The notes under the pieces were generated by a model. It worked only from the letters and a program-made list of their open reading frames with translations. It had not been told where the DNA came from and made no database searches. A stretch of 64,000 nucleotides of DNA from Octopus vulgaris (Eukaryota): positions 22,010,001 through 22,074,000 of the forward strand of contig OX597823.1 in NCBI GenBank assembly GCA_951406725.2. Direction: 5' to 3'. The translations under genes and the position numbers were made by a program. Positions 43,570 to 56,183 of this stretch are shown piece by piece. The stretch's first letter is position 1; the number at the start of each line of letters is the position of its first letter.

Positions 43570-43942
43570 AAGGGACAAACAAGGACAAAAGGATTATGTC
43601 GATTACATCGACCCCAGTGCGTACATGGTACTTATTTAATCGACCCCGAAAGAATGAAAAGCAAAGTCAACCTCGGCGGAATTTGAACTCAGAATGTAAC
43701 GGCAGACGAAATACCTATTTCTTTACTACCCACAAGGGGCTAAACACAGAGAAGACAAACAAGGGCAGACAAACGGATTAAGTCGATTACATCGACTCCA
43801 GTGCGTAACTGGTACTTAATTTATCCACCCCGAAAGGATGAAAGGCAAAGTCGAACTCGGCGGAATTTGAACTCAGAACGTAACGGCAGACGAAATACGG
43901 CTACGCACTTCACCCAGCGTGCCGACGTTTCTGCCAGCTCGC
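43570..43942 (-). mobile_element. SINE family A, dimer
   Basis: Two body units plus a head. Confidence 0.9.
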
Positions 43943-43979
43943 GCGCATGTGTGTGTGTGTGTGTGTGTGTGTGTTGGGG

Positions 43980-44293
43980 AGGGGGGCATAGTAGTTAGGG
44001 CATTCGGCTCATGATCATAAGGTCGTGAGTTCAATTCACGACGACGTGTTGTGTCTTTCAGCAAGACATTTTGTTTCACGTTGATCCAGTCCACTCACCT
44101 GGCAAAAATGAGTCCTACCTGTATTTCAAAGGGCCAGCCTTGTCACACTCTGTGTCACGCTGAATCTGCTAGAGAACTACGTTAAAGGTACACGTGTCTG
44201 TAGAGTGCTTAGCCACTTGCACGCCAATTTCACGAGCGAGCTGTTCCGTTGATCGTATCAGCTGGGATCCTCGTCGTCGTAACCGACGGAGTG

Positions 44294-44295
<2 letters not shown>
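43980..44295 (+). mobile_element. SINE with a family D-like head and body and tail type 2
   Basis: The body resembles 54957-55105. The tail ctgttccgttgatc...cgtcgtcgtaaccgacggagtgc matches 59300-59458. Confidence 0.82.
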
Positions 44296-44360
<65 letters not shown>

Positions 44361-44477
44361 GTGTGTGTGTGTGTAGTTAATCCAAACATGAAAACACAAA
44401 CAGAAAACACAACAACGCGAATACGTGGAATAAGTATAGTGTTATTGGACGCTCAGTAAAGGAAAGAAAGAAGGAGG

Positions 44478-44512
44478 ATTTAACGTTTCGAGCGAAGCCC
44501 TTCGTCAGAAAC
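44478..44512 (-). ncRNA. Minimal hammerhead motif of Penelope type
   Basis: Reverse complement: ttt-CTGACGA-a-gggc ttc gctc-GAAA-cg-TT-aaa. Lies in a microsatellite-bounded island at 44377-44580. Confidence 0.75.
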
Positions 44513-44585
44513 ATAGAAATAGGAAAGGTCCAAGGAAGGGAAGACGGAGAAAGAAAATCGCCAACGTTACATACGCGGTCACACA

Positions 44586-44641
<56 letters not shown>

Positions 44642-44657
44642 CACACACACACACACA

Positions 44658-45454
44658 TAATTGTGTCTAGAGAGAGTCATTCTCTTTTAATACACTTATG
44701 GGTCTGATTTCCACTCATTTATTTATTTTTAATAAAATTTTCATTGCGTCTTGCAACCTTTTCAATAGTCGTTGTCTCTGTCCCTTATCGGAAATGCGTC
44801 CTTTTTTTGTGCACATGCGTGTGCGTCTGTGCATGCATTAACCCTGGTATTAACTGTAGAACTAGAAATGTAGTCTACAACATAAGGTGCATAGAGGTTG
44901 CTTGTAAAGACAAGAACATGACATACAATGGTGAGACATCTAGAAGCATTGTGGAAAGATTAAATGCGCATCTGAGACAATATGACGAGGAAAACAATCC
45001 TCTATACTCTACCAATATGCCAAAGACCAACATGGAAACACACTGGGTCAACTTGATATCCGCATTTCATCCAAGTACCCGAAGGACCCAACGCTCAAAC
45101 AAGTAGAAGAGTACAAACACCCCCAATACTAAATAGGGACTATACATAGGTGTCATACCCCAATACCCACAGTTTACCCACATACACATACACACCCTAA
45201 CATACATACACAAGGATACAGTGGTACACATATAAATAGACACACACACACAGACACACAAACACACACACATACATATATATACATATATACGACAGTC
45301 TTCTTTCAGTTTCTGTCTACCAAATCCACTCACAAGGCATTGGTCGGCCCGGGGCTATAGCAGAAGACACTTGCCCAAGATGCCACGCAGTGGGACTGAA
45401 CCCGGAACCATTGTGGTTGGTTAGCAAGCTACTTACCACACAGCCACTCCTGCA

Positions 45455-45503
<49 letters not shown>

Positions 45504-45800
45504 ATACACATACATGTACACATGCATACATACATAGGCGTATACGCACGCACATTGACGCACACGCATGCGCACATAGCAAAGAACGCATTTCCGATAA
45601 CGGACAGCGTCAACGACTATTGAAAAGGTCGCAAGACGGAACGAAAATTTTAATGAAAATAAGTAAATGAGTGGAAATCAGACCGATGAGTGTGTTAAAT
45701 CAATAAGGCACTAAAGAGAATGGCTCTTCCCAGGCACAATAAAATATGCTTCAACACACGAATTCGCATAAAGAATCTTGCAAACCAAGTACAAAAACGA
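44658..45800 (+). mobile_element. 5'-truncated Penelope-like element: inverted pLTR, GIY-YIG fragment, direct pLTR
   Basis: NCRTRNVVYNIRCIEVAC...YNGETSRSIVERLNAH (about 44850-44975) is a Penelope-type GIY-YIG domain. 44658-44838 is the inverted counterpart of about 45545-45745. Both pLTRs carry a TTGAAAA...GAAA hammerhead motif. Confidence 0.88.
45240..45455 (-). mobile_element. SINE family B, 5' half, nested in the Penelope-like element
   Basis: Match to the head and CORE-like domain. Confidence 0.88.
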
Positions 45801-45889
45801 TATATATATATATATATATATATATGCATATGTATATACATACACACACACATATATATATAAATAAATATATACATACATATATATAT

Positions 45890-45966
<77 letters not shown>

Positions 45967-46028
45967 GAGAAACAAGTTAAAAAAATAATGCTCATTATTC
46001 TTTTATTCTTTTATTTGCGCAAATTTGG

Positions 46029-46149
46029 CTTACAGCAGTTTCCGGTAGTCATTATAAGTACATTACTGATGCGTTTGCTCAATTGGTCTATTAATCAATT
46101 GAGGCAAATTGACCGATCTTAAAAAAAATTGATGCTACTTTCGTCAGAG
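46029..46149 (-). ncRNA. Possible hammerhead motif with very long stem II
   Basis: Reverse complement: ct-CTGACGA-aa gtag...[tttgcctcaattg/caattgagcaaa]...ctac cg-GAAA-ctgctg-TA-ag. Confidence 0.5.
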
Positions 46150-46215
46150 AGCTTATGAAGTATTTGCCCGGATTGATAATCCCTCACTATTTGTTCTCTC
46201 TCTCTCTCTCTCTTA

Positions 46216-46264
<49 letters not shown>

Positions 46265-46824
46265 CAAAAGAATAAAAAGATAATCTATGTCTTCCCTGGA
46301 GATAATACATGCATTATGATTTCCAACTTCATTTTATTTTCAAGTGTCTCTTCGTCTGCACCATACTTATATTGATCAACTGCAACGTCTGTTAGATTAA
46401 AAGAAGAATAAGAAACAAAAAAAGTGTATATATGTTTCATAATTCTATTCACATTGAGCTTAAGCTGTCATGGTTGCTGTAGCAATAATGCGAGGCGTCT
46501 ACAGAAGCTTTTCTCCAGGATGCGTGACAATAAAATGTATCGTAGCCTTTACAAAATGAAATGGCGGTAGTAACCGGGGAGAGTGGTCGGGCAAACACAT
46601 CGAAACCTACATCCGGGCTCCGGAGCTGGGAGGGGGCGGGGCGGTGTAGAATTTTCCCAACTTTCACGTGGAAATATCGAAATTAAACTCAACCAAGAGA
46701 TATATACTGAAACCATAGAAATGGCTATCTGAACATATTCTTATAGGAAGGGGAGATAATATTTGGTATTGTTTAACAACAGCAACAACAACAACAACTA
46801 TAATGACAACGGCAATAGTGATAT

Positions 46825-47015
46825 AATCCTTTCTACTGAGAGCACAAAGCCTCAAATTTGGGGGAAGGGATTAAGTCGGTTACATCGACCCCAGTGCGTA
46901 ACTGGTACTTATTTAATCGACTCCGAAAGGATGAAAAGCAAAGTCGACCTCGGTGGAATTTGAACTCAGAACTTAAGGACAGACGAAATGCCGCTAATCA
47001 TTTTGCCCGGCGTGC

Positions 47016-47016
<1 letters not shown>
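46825..47016 (-). mobile_element. SINE family A followed by a (TAA)n tract at 47017-47094
   Basis: Core match. Confidence 0.88.
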
Positions 47017-47096
<80 letters not shown>

Positions 47097-47765
47097 GAAG
47101 AAGACGAAGAAGAAAGAGAAGAAGAAAGAAAGAAAGAAGACAAAATCATTTACCAGTTATTACGTATTACCATATGTTGTATCTTATTACAAATTTCTTA
47201 GTAAATTTAATTATTAGCAGAATGAAGTCTTTTTATTTGAAATTATTCACTTTGAGGTATCTGAAAACAACTCTACTGATTAATTATCCATTATCGAGTA
47301 TAATAGTTATAAACACGTTTTGTGAGAACTATCTCAAAGAATATTGGAACTCAAGAATTTTCATTAATATTTTCCGAAAGTAAATCCAAAGTATAGATAA
47401 GGAAGCATAAATGGATGCTTATGAAATTCACAGTTAGTAAAAAATATGGACTTGTCTTTAAAAAGACAGTATGAGCCACGCCACTGATATAGATTCAAAG
47501 GATGTAAAAATAAAAACTTGATAAAAAATCACGACATAGTGACGCTAGTATAATTTTACATTTACTGTGATCTAAAATCACAGTATTCTAAAAATAATAA
47601 CTGGATTTAAAATTATGTTATCATGAGATTAGTTTCACTATCATTTAACATCGGCAGAGAATCTTTTTATGGTAGAAGGCCATAGTTAACTGTCATCTCA
47701 CAGGTTGCATTATAAAAATATTCTAAACTACTAAATTGTATTTATTTTATAAAATGTGGGAAAGC

Positions 47766-48134
47766 ACTCCGTCGGTTACGACGACGAGGGTTTCGGTTGA
47801 TCCGATCAACGGAACAGTCTGCTCGTGAAATTAACGTGTAAGTGGCTGAGCACTCCACAGACACGTGTACCCTTAACGTAGTTCTCGGGGATATTCAGCG
47901 TGACACAGAGAGTGACAAGGCCGGCCCTTTGAAATACTGGTACAACAGAAACAGGAAGTAAGAGTGAGAGAAAGTTGTGGTGAAAGAGTACAGCAGGGAT
48001 CACCACCATCCCCTGCCGGAGCCTCGTGGAGCTTTAGGTGTTTTCACTCAATAAACACTCACAACGCCCGGTCTAGGAATCGAAACCGCGATCCTACGAC
48101 CGCGAGTCCGCTGCCCTAACCATTGCGCCTCCAC
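47766..48134 (-). mobile_element. SINE family C, full length, tail type 2
   Basis: Reverse complement of 59089-59458. TSD TTATAAAATGT on both sides. Confidence 0.92.
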
Positions 48135-48864
48135 TTATAAAATGTACTATTCATATAAACTGTAACAAAATGTAAACAAATAAATTGTACACGTAAGTTT
48201 TAAAATCAATGTTTGTCGCCAAACGTACTTAAAAATATGCTCGGTCGCTCAAAAGGGATGCATATGGTGACAAATCAATGGTAATTACACATGTATGTGT
48301 TTCTAAAATATACAGTCGGTTGGAAAGAGAGGCTTTAAAAAAAAATCAACAAAAATCTATATTCCGATGTAACGATTTCCTTCCAAACGCTGTATTTCTT
48401 TGAGAAGGCAGCACGCAATCTTTCGAAGGTCGTACGTTCTCCACCACTGATCTAAAATCATAACATAAAATTAGCTTCAATGTAATGCAATGTAAAAATA
48501 GCAACCTTATCTGAAATCCAAAACTCTAAGAATCGGCAATTACAGGTTAATTTACATTTTCAACTCATGATATTTGAGAGGTTTGTAGGAATCAGGCAAC
48601 CAGCGACAAAGTTTCTGATTTCTGTCCGATCGTTTTATCAGATAAGGTAGGTGAGGATGGACGTGTTCCAGTGTCTTCGCCTCACAATCATTTGTAGTGA
48701 TGCTGAAAGTGTCTTGGGTTACTTCTATTGATAATGGCAAAAGTATTAGCTTTGTATTTAACTTCTAATACAAACCAAAGTAATGTAAAGCTAACAACCT
48801 CATATAAAATCATGGTATCATGGAACAAGTAACAATGTAATGAAGTGAAATTTAAAAATAACAA

Positions 48865-49291
48865 GGATCTTTTCGGTTTGAACGCAGTTTTTCTAGAGGT
48901 GTCATATGAAATTGTCACCCATAATTATGACCCTAGTATCGATCTATTACATTTCAATCTGTTTTAGGGTTAGGGTTAGTTAGGGTTAGGGGTGGGGGGA
49001 AGGGTATCTTTTTTCTTCACAAGTGTAAATAAACCCAATCTGTTTCTTAAACGAGGAACATATTCATACGGCACAGAATGTTTTTTTACCCCAATGGACG
49101 TCATTGATTGGTTGAAATTGCAGAAATTGAAGAAAAAAAAAACATCAAATATCTTACAAACCATAGAATTTTCTCAATAAAGCCAAGAGAAAAAGATGTT
49201 TTATAAACACATTCTACCAGTATACGAAGTTTAAGATTTTTTAGTTACCTGGAAATTATGTTAAAAACTGCCGTTCAAACCGAAAAGATCT
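48865..49291 (+). mobile_element. Non-autonomous DNA transposon with GGATC termini, 8-bp TSD and internal TTAGGG repeats
   Basis: TIRs of about 28 bp: ggatcttttcggtttgaacgcagtttt / aaaactgccgttcaaaccgaaaagatct. TSD AATAACAA at 48857-48864 and 49292-49299. Confidence 0.88.
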
Positions 49292-49832
49292 AATAACAAT
49301 TTAATTTAAAATCCATAACTCTCAATGCAGTGAAAATAGTGTCTTAGTATAGAATCCCAATCTCACGGTACAGCAGCAGAAACCACATGAGTATTTTAAA
49401 CCCAGCATTTCAATATTTGCTACTTTATAAAATTGTCTTTAAATACAGTAAAAATAATTGAATCCCAAACAGAGAAGTCGCTTTATCACATTGGGGTATT
49501 AAGTTTATTGCTTTTGACTGTAAATCAACTAATATGACCCGAGAGTCTCAGACCATATCAGCTTATATACTATAACTAATCGTAAGATGCCGCTATTTAC
49601 AGTGAATCCTTAAATCTTACCTCTTGAGCTGGAGTGACATTGGCTTATGTCAAGTAATTTACAATACAACTTGTCCTCAGCCTTAATTAATAAGCCTGAT
49701 CCAATTTGGGGGTGACTGACCCGGTTTTTCACGCCGTAGTGAATATCAATACAAAAACATATTTTAAACTGAAAACTACCAATCTATAGCTATCAGCTTA
49801 TCTGTCTAGAAGAATTGTAATCACAGTTATAC

Positions 49833-50042
49833 CACGGGGGTACTGAAAAGTTCTTGGCTTTGGATAAAAGAAAATACAAGAGGATAAGTTAATTATGAAT
49901 TTATCCAACATTTCCCCTCTCAGATTCACAGCGGTACTTCAGTTTTTCTAAGCTCTGTAAAAAGAAATCGGTTGGTTGGGCCTCCAGCCATTGTCTCTCA
50001 CGACACCCTTAAAGCCAGAAACTTTTCAAACACCCCCTCGTA
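49833..50042. mobile_element. Mariner-type MITE
   Basis: Imperfect TIRs cacgggggtactgaaaagttcttggcttt / aaagccagaaacttttcaaacaccccctcgta, ending in TA. Confidence 0.7.
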
Positions 50043-50554
50043 ATTACCCTTCTAGATTAGATTTCAAAAGTGCAATTATTAAATCTAACCGATTGAAACG
50101 CACCCTGTTATTAGAATATTTGAACATTCAATGAATACAAAATAAAGTAAACAACCTATTATCTATTTGTTTCCTAACCCTTTTCTTCAAATATTGTAAA
50201 AAATATAAATCATTCGGCTTTCTCTCGAGTCAAGAATTTAAAAACTAAACCGAATGCGTGTTTGTTTGAGCGCAATTGCATGCGTACGTATTTGCGAGCA
50301 CGCGTGTACATGCGTGTGTGCGCTTGCGTATATATACGTGTGTGTGTGTGTGTATGTGTGTGTGTAAATAAAAGAAGGAGTAACAATGCAAAGGGATTTA
50401 CAAAATAAATGGCATTTAATCTAATGTATCAATATTTCGAACCCAAATCTGTTAGACACAAGGAAAAGTAATTAAGACAGAATTGAAATATATTCTGAAT
50501 CCATTTGAATTGGAGACGATATCGTAGGACGATGATGGTATGATGATTTGTACT

Positions 50555-50635
<81 letters not shown>

Positions 50636-50819
50636 GTGAAACAGAGGGAGAAAGAAAGTGACACGGATGTTTGATTTCCATTTGAACAATCTTTCTATAT
50701 CCTCTTCATGCCAGACAGACAATAGGACATGGTTTCAGGGAGAATTATTTATGATTTCTCTGCGTAATTGTCACACATGCTTCTTTGCGACTTGGGAAAT
50801 AATATGTATGTATATAAGC

Positions 50820-50942
50820 ATGTATTTTTGTATGTCGATATTCAGTTTATTTCAAGATTTCTTGCCAATAGAGAAAGAACCGGTTTCTAACCTAGTTCCA
50901 ATATTCCTTCATTGGAATTCAACATCAGCAACAGAGTATTTT

Positions 50943-50974
<32 letters not shown>

Positions 50975-51470
50975 TGTATGTATGTATGTATGTATGTATG
51001 TATGTATGTATGTATGTATGCATGTATGTATGCAAGTATGCATGTATGTATGCATGTATGTATGCATGTATGTATGCATGTATGTATGTATGTATGTATG
51101 CATGTACAAATTTAAATGTTTTATGTATGTATTCTCATGCATAGAGTTACATATCTAGACATGCTCATATATATTTAAATTATAAACTGGAAAGTTTTAC
51201 AAATTTTACAGTTCCAGTAATGGATTGGATCTGTAGCCTTCGAATTAGCTTTCTCCTTTCTAGTTTTGTGAAGTCTAATTTCTCAAGATTGGTATTTAGG
51301 CAGTGCGTTACATATCTCAGGGCCCCAATAATTACAGGTATAAACCTGAACTTGTAATCTGGATAAAGTAATTGTAGATTTCTCAATAATTTTCCGCATA
51401 GGTGTTCTCTTTTTAACTGATCTTCAGCTTTATGCTAACATCCGCAGGGCAAACAATTTCCGCAAATGTG
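50820..51470 (-). mobile_element. 3' end of an R4/Dong-like RLE non-LTR retrotransposon
   Basis: EIVCPAD...KENTY...LRNLQLLYPDYKFRFIPVIIGAL..., embedded in (TACA)n. Confidence 0.8.
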
Positions 51471-51575
51471 CATAATTGTGTGTGTATGTATGTATGTATG
51501 TATGTATGTATGTATACATATATGTGTGTGTGTATATATGTATGTATATATGTATGTATATATATATTTGTGTAC

Positions 51576-51678
<103 letters not shown>

Positions 51679-51679
51679 T

Positions 51680-51979
51680 TACGGAGATGTACTTGCATAG
51701 CAAGTGACCTGATCTGAGATCGTGTGCTGAAACAAAAACAGTTGCAGCGTGGAAGGTGTTTATAAGCCATTTAAAAACACACAAAAACCGTTAGATTCAC
51801 TTCAACGTTTAAATTTAATTTGCCAAAATATTTTTGATGCAGCACGGAATTTTGTCAATTACCAGGTCGCGGTCTCAAAGCGACGGAAATATTTTGGCAA
51901 ATTAAATTTAAATGTTTTGAAGAGAATCTAACGGTTTTCGTGTGTTTTTAAATGGCTTATAAACACCTTCCACGCTGCA

Positions 51980-51982
<3 letters not shown>
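51680..51982 (+). mobile_element. Fold-back island inside (TA)n, probable Penelope-like pLTR remnant
   Basis: About 92-bp inverted arms at 51742-51833 and 51887-51980. The spacer has a gtcgc/gcgac stem followed by GGAAA, consistent with an eroded hammerhead. Confidence 0.65.
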
Positions 51983-52024
<42 letters not shown>

Positions 52025-52679
52025 AATAAAATATATGCATATATACCTACATATATGTACATACTTACATCTACATGTATATATACATGCATACATATAT
52101 ATATATATATATATAGGAGTACAGGACACCACAAATAAACGTAGAACACAACGAGAGACGAGAACATAAAATCAAACAAGGAAACGGACTTTTTTAAACA
52201 ACGAAAAACAGAGTACAGGACAAACAATACAAGGAAAATTCCCCTTCATCAGCTGTCCCTGGTTCGACTCAAAGTGTGTTTCGAAGGTAAGGACAGAACA
52301 CAGTCGAAGTAGTCCTTCCTGCAAAAGGAATTAAATAAAATTCTTTTGCAGAGGGGTAAAACAAGTGACAAAAACAGGACGTAAAAGCAATACAAATGAA
52401 GAAAAAACAGTACAATAAAGAAACAGGACAGGAAACAGACAATGAGGGCTTTTTTTGCCTGGACGGTGGAAAAATTAGTTAGAACGCTTGTGAAAAATCG
52501 GCTTACGAAGGACAGAGAAGGCGATCTATACTTGTTGAAAGACGAAGCTGAAAGAAAGTTTTAGCGACCCTCTAAGAAAGGAATGTTCTCAAGAAAATTT
52601 AGCAAGCACCAGAACGTAAGCGAGCAAGACAAATGAAAAGATACAAAAGATATATATATATATATATATATATGACATT

Positions 52680-53022
52680 TAATTCTGATATTAACATCCG
52701 AATAAATCAATAGTTCTCGAAATGTTGGAAAGTTCACTAATATTCCTGTGAATTGCAAATATTGTACTCGAGCTAAATTTAATGAATAGGTTGTGAAATT
52801 GCTGTGAATTTCCTATTGCTTTGGCAGAAAATATAATTATATGTCATTGTCTTTCTTACTTTTTATCTGGTTGAGTCAGGGTTTAACTGAGTGTCTCTCC
52901 TACTATCAAAAGCTCGCAATCGCTTAGAAATTGTAAGACGTGATCTTCTTTTGGTTCTATCAATCATGAGTCCAGATATTCGAAAAACTGCGAAACCGCA
53001 TCAGCTATAAACCTCTTACAAA
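52680..53022 (+). mobile_element. hAT (Buster/Charlie-type) transposase C-terminal remnant, second copy
   Basis: VFLTFYLVESGFN*VSLLLSKARNRLEIVRRDL...PDIRKTAKPHQL*TSY; homologous to 28600-29080. Confidence 0.8.
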
Positions 53023-53049
53023 ATAAATACAATTAAATGATAAATATAT

Positions 53050-54630
53050 CCTTTATGCTTATGAATTTGTGTTGCAAGATGTGAAATCGTGTGTTGAAAC
53101 AGATATTGTTGTATTTTGGGATGGTCATTTTTTTTTGCCAACACACGCACTATATATTCGTTCTTCAGTCATTCATTACTGTTCTTATTTTAAGTCATGT
53201 CCATTGACCGGAAATTTCTCGTCACACATCTGTGATCTCTTCAGCGACACCTTTCGTCCTCGTGCGTGTTCCTGCTCCGCTTCGTCCATTCTGTTCTTCG
53301 CTTAAGAGGTTACAGATGTGTGACGAAAGATGGATCTTTTCATTTCCAAGGCCTGTTTTTTCAGATTTTTCCTACTTAACCAAACAATTTGAAACTTCGT
53401 ATACTGGTAGAATGTGTCAAAAGAAAACATAATTGTAAACCAGAATGAAAACGGAATTGTAATTTCAAAGTTTAACGTTGTTTAATAATTAGAATTTTAA
53501 CCAATGGTATTCGGTCTTTCGGCTTCATATTATTTACTCCATCTCAATAGACGTAAACGGCTATTTTGCTGACGTATTCCTTCAGTTTCTATTCACATTT
53601 TTTAAATATATTATTAACTAACTTATATATTAAACTTATATGTTATATAACTAACTTAGTTTTTGTAAATTTTCGTATATTTTTTGTGATTTTTATTCCT
53701 TACTTTATTCGTGTAACTTTTATTTCTGTAACTTTTTATCTTTGGCAATCTTTCGTATGTGTGTGTATGTATGTGTGTGTGTGTATGTATGGCCGATTCA
53801 GTGTTTACATTATTTCGAGTTAAAACGAAAGATTACCTTTGCTATGTAGAAAATAATGAGGTCGACTCAATGGAATAATGACAGTGATCGAAGGTATGGA
53901 CAAAATTTTTTTTGGTAATCTTTCGTTTTAACTCGAAGTAATGTAAACACTGAATCGGCCATACATATATACACACACACACATACATACACACACATAC
54001 ATACACACACACACATACATAGATACATACACACACACATATGCATACATACATATACACATACACCGAGTAAAAACTTTCAGTTATCTCTCTCTTTCAC
54101 ACATTACTCTCTCTGTCTCTTCATACGCACTAACAGAAGTACTTCACTTACACAACATACTTTCTGTCTCCCACACCCCATCAAACACACACACACGCAC
54201 ACAAAACACAGACCTACGCACAGCTGTCTACGTCACAAAATAGCTTTCTACGTCACACTAAGATAATGCAGTTAATTATTTCAAATGAAAACAAACAATA
54301 CGATTGGTTAAAATTCGCAGATTTAATCTACCCTTAAAGTTATAAAATACATTTTTCTCAAATAAACAAGTTGAAACTAGTGTTTTCTTTTGAGACACTC
54401 TACCAGTATACGAAGTTTCAAATTATTTAGTTAACTAGAAAAATCTGACAAAACAGGCCTTGGAAATGAAAAGATCCCGAAAGATTTCTGGACAATGGAC
54501 ATAAGTTAAAATAAGAACGGTAATAAGCAGGTGAAGAACGAATATATAGTGTCTGCGTTTATTTGGTATAAATTTGGTAAAAAGAAGAAAAAAAGACCAT
54601 CTCGAAGTACAAAATTATATTTGTCATATT
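53050..54630. mobile_element. Inverted pair of Penelope-like pLTRs, each with a hammerhead motif, split by a DNA transposon
   Basis: 53100-53248 is the inverted counterpart of 53297-53331 plus 54486-54625. Motifs are CTGAAGA-g-atcaca gatg tgtgac-GAGA (minus) and CTTAAGA-g-gttaca gatg tgtgac-GAAA (plus). Confidence 0.75.
53332..54477. mobile_element. Non-autonomous DNA transposon with ~100-bp TIRs, GGATC termini and an 8-bp TSD
   Basis: ggatcttttcatttccaaggcctgtttt... / ...aaaacaggccttggaaatgaaaagatcc. TSD CGAAAGAT at 53324-53331 and 54478-54485. Confidence 0.92.
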
Positions 54631-54956
54631 TTGCTAAAAATATGTTTTTAGACTCGAAAAAGTAATCAACTTTTAGAAGTTATTTATTTTGTGAGTGCCA
54701 AGAGATGTTTATTTTTAAGAGTATTACATCGGGAAAATGATGTATGAATATAGATGAATTTTTTTATCGAACCCACAAGATATTTTTGTTTTTGTGAAGT
54801 AGAATGAGAGAATAAATGAACAGTTAACAGGCATTGATTTTTAATGGAATTTTAACATTTATCAGTGTAAATATTTGTTAAAAAAATTGCTTGTATTTAA
54901 AGTATCACTTTATAAGTATTCACAGAAATATATTTCATAATAGTAAGCATAAATTA

Positions 54957-55378
54957 TGTGGAAGGCGAGTGGCTTAGTGGTTGGGGTGTCAGCATCATGA
55001 TCGTAACATTGTGGTTTCGATTCCTGGACCAGACGATGCGTTGTGTTTTTGAGCAAAACACTTCATTTCACAATGCTCCAGTCCACTCAGCTGGTAAAAA
55101 TGAGTAACGCTGCGATGGACTGGCGTCACGTCCAGCTGGGGAACAAATACGCCATTGAAACCGGGAAACCGGGCCCATGAGCCTGGCTAGGCTTTAAAAG
55201 GGCGCAATTGTTATTTTGTGGAGGCACAATGGCCCAGAAGTTAGAGCAGCGGATTCGCGGTCGGAGGATCGCGATTTCGATTCCCAGTCCGGGCGTGGTG
55301 TGTGTATATTGAGCGAAAACACCTAAAAGCTCCACGAGGCTCCGACAGGGGGTGATGGCGACCTCTGTTGTACTCTTT
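54957..55378 (+). mobile_element. SINE family D (54957-55207) directly followed by the 5' part of SINE family C (55218-55378)
   Basis: Two tRNA-like heads, each with A and B boxes. Confidence 0.85.
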
Positions 55379-55829
55379 TCGTTATTATTTGATACATTTT
55401 TACAAATTCTATATTTATTAAAGGTTTTTAATTTTTTCAAAGGTGACTTGTTTCCACTATTAACCGTTTGTTACAAAATTGAGGAGTTACTTTATTTGGT
55501 TAATAATGTGTTGGGGGCCACAGAAACATTCAAGATTTCCAGGTCGGAGAGGGAGTATGAGATTGGAGAACACTGCTCTAGACCATCCTGGAGAGACTGT
55601 TACTCGCATGCTCTGCAGAGGTCTCATGAAAACGTTATATATTCAATAGGACCATTTATACAATTAAATATTTTATAAAAAGACCTTTTAATATAATTAT
55701 ATATTCAAACATTCAAAAGGATATTTGTTAGTCTATATATGGAAGAAATAATAAACTAGTGTATTGAACAACACCACTCCATACAGTAGATACATTAATG
55801 ATATACATATACATATAAACATACATACA

Positions 55830-55868
<39 letters not shown>

Positions 55869-55885
55869 GTGTGTGTGTGTGTGTG

Positions 55886-55942
<57 letters not shown>

Positions 55943-56026
55943 TACATTCATGCATACATGTATACACACAAACACATACATGCCTGCATAATACACACAC
56001 ACATACACACGTACATATATATATAC

Positions 56027-56111
<85 letters not shown>

Positions 56112-56147
56112 GGTACATATATATATATATACATACATATATATATG

Positions 56148-56183
<36 letters not shown>

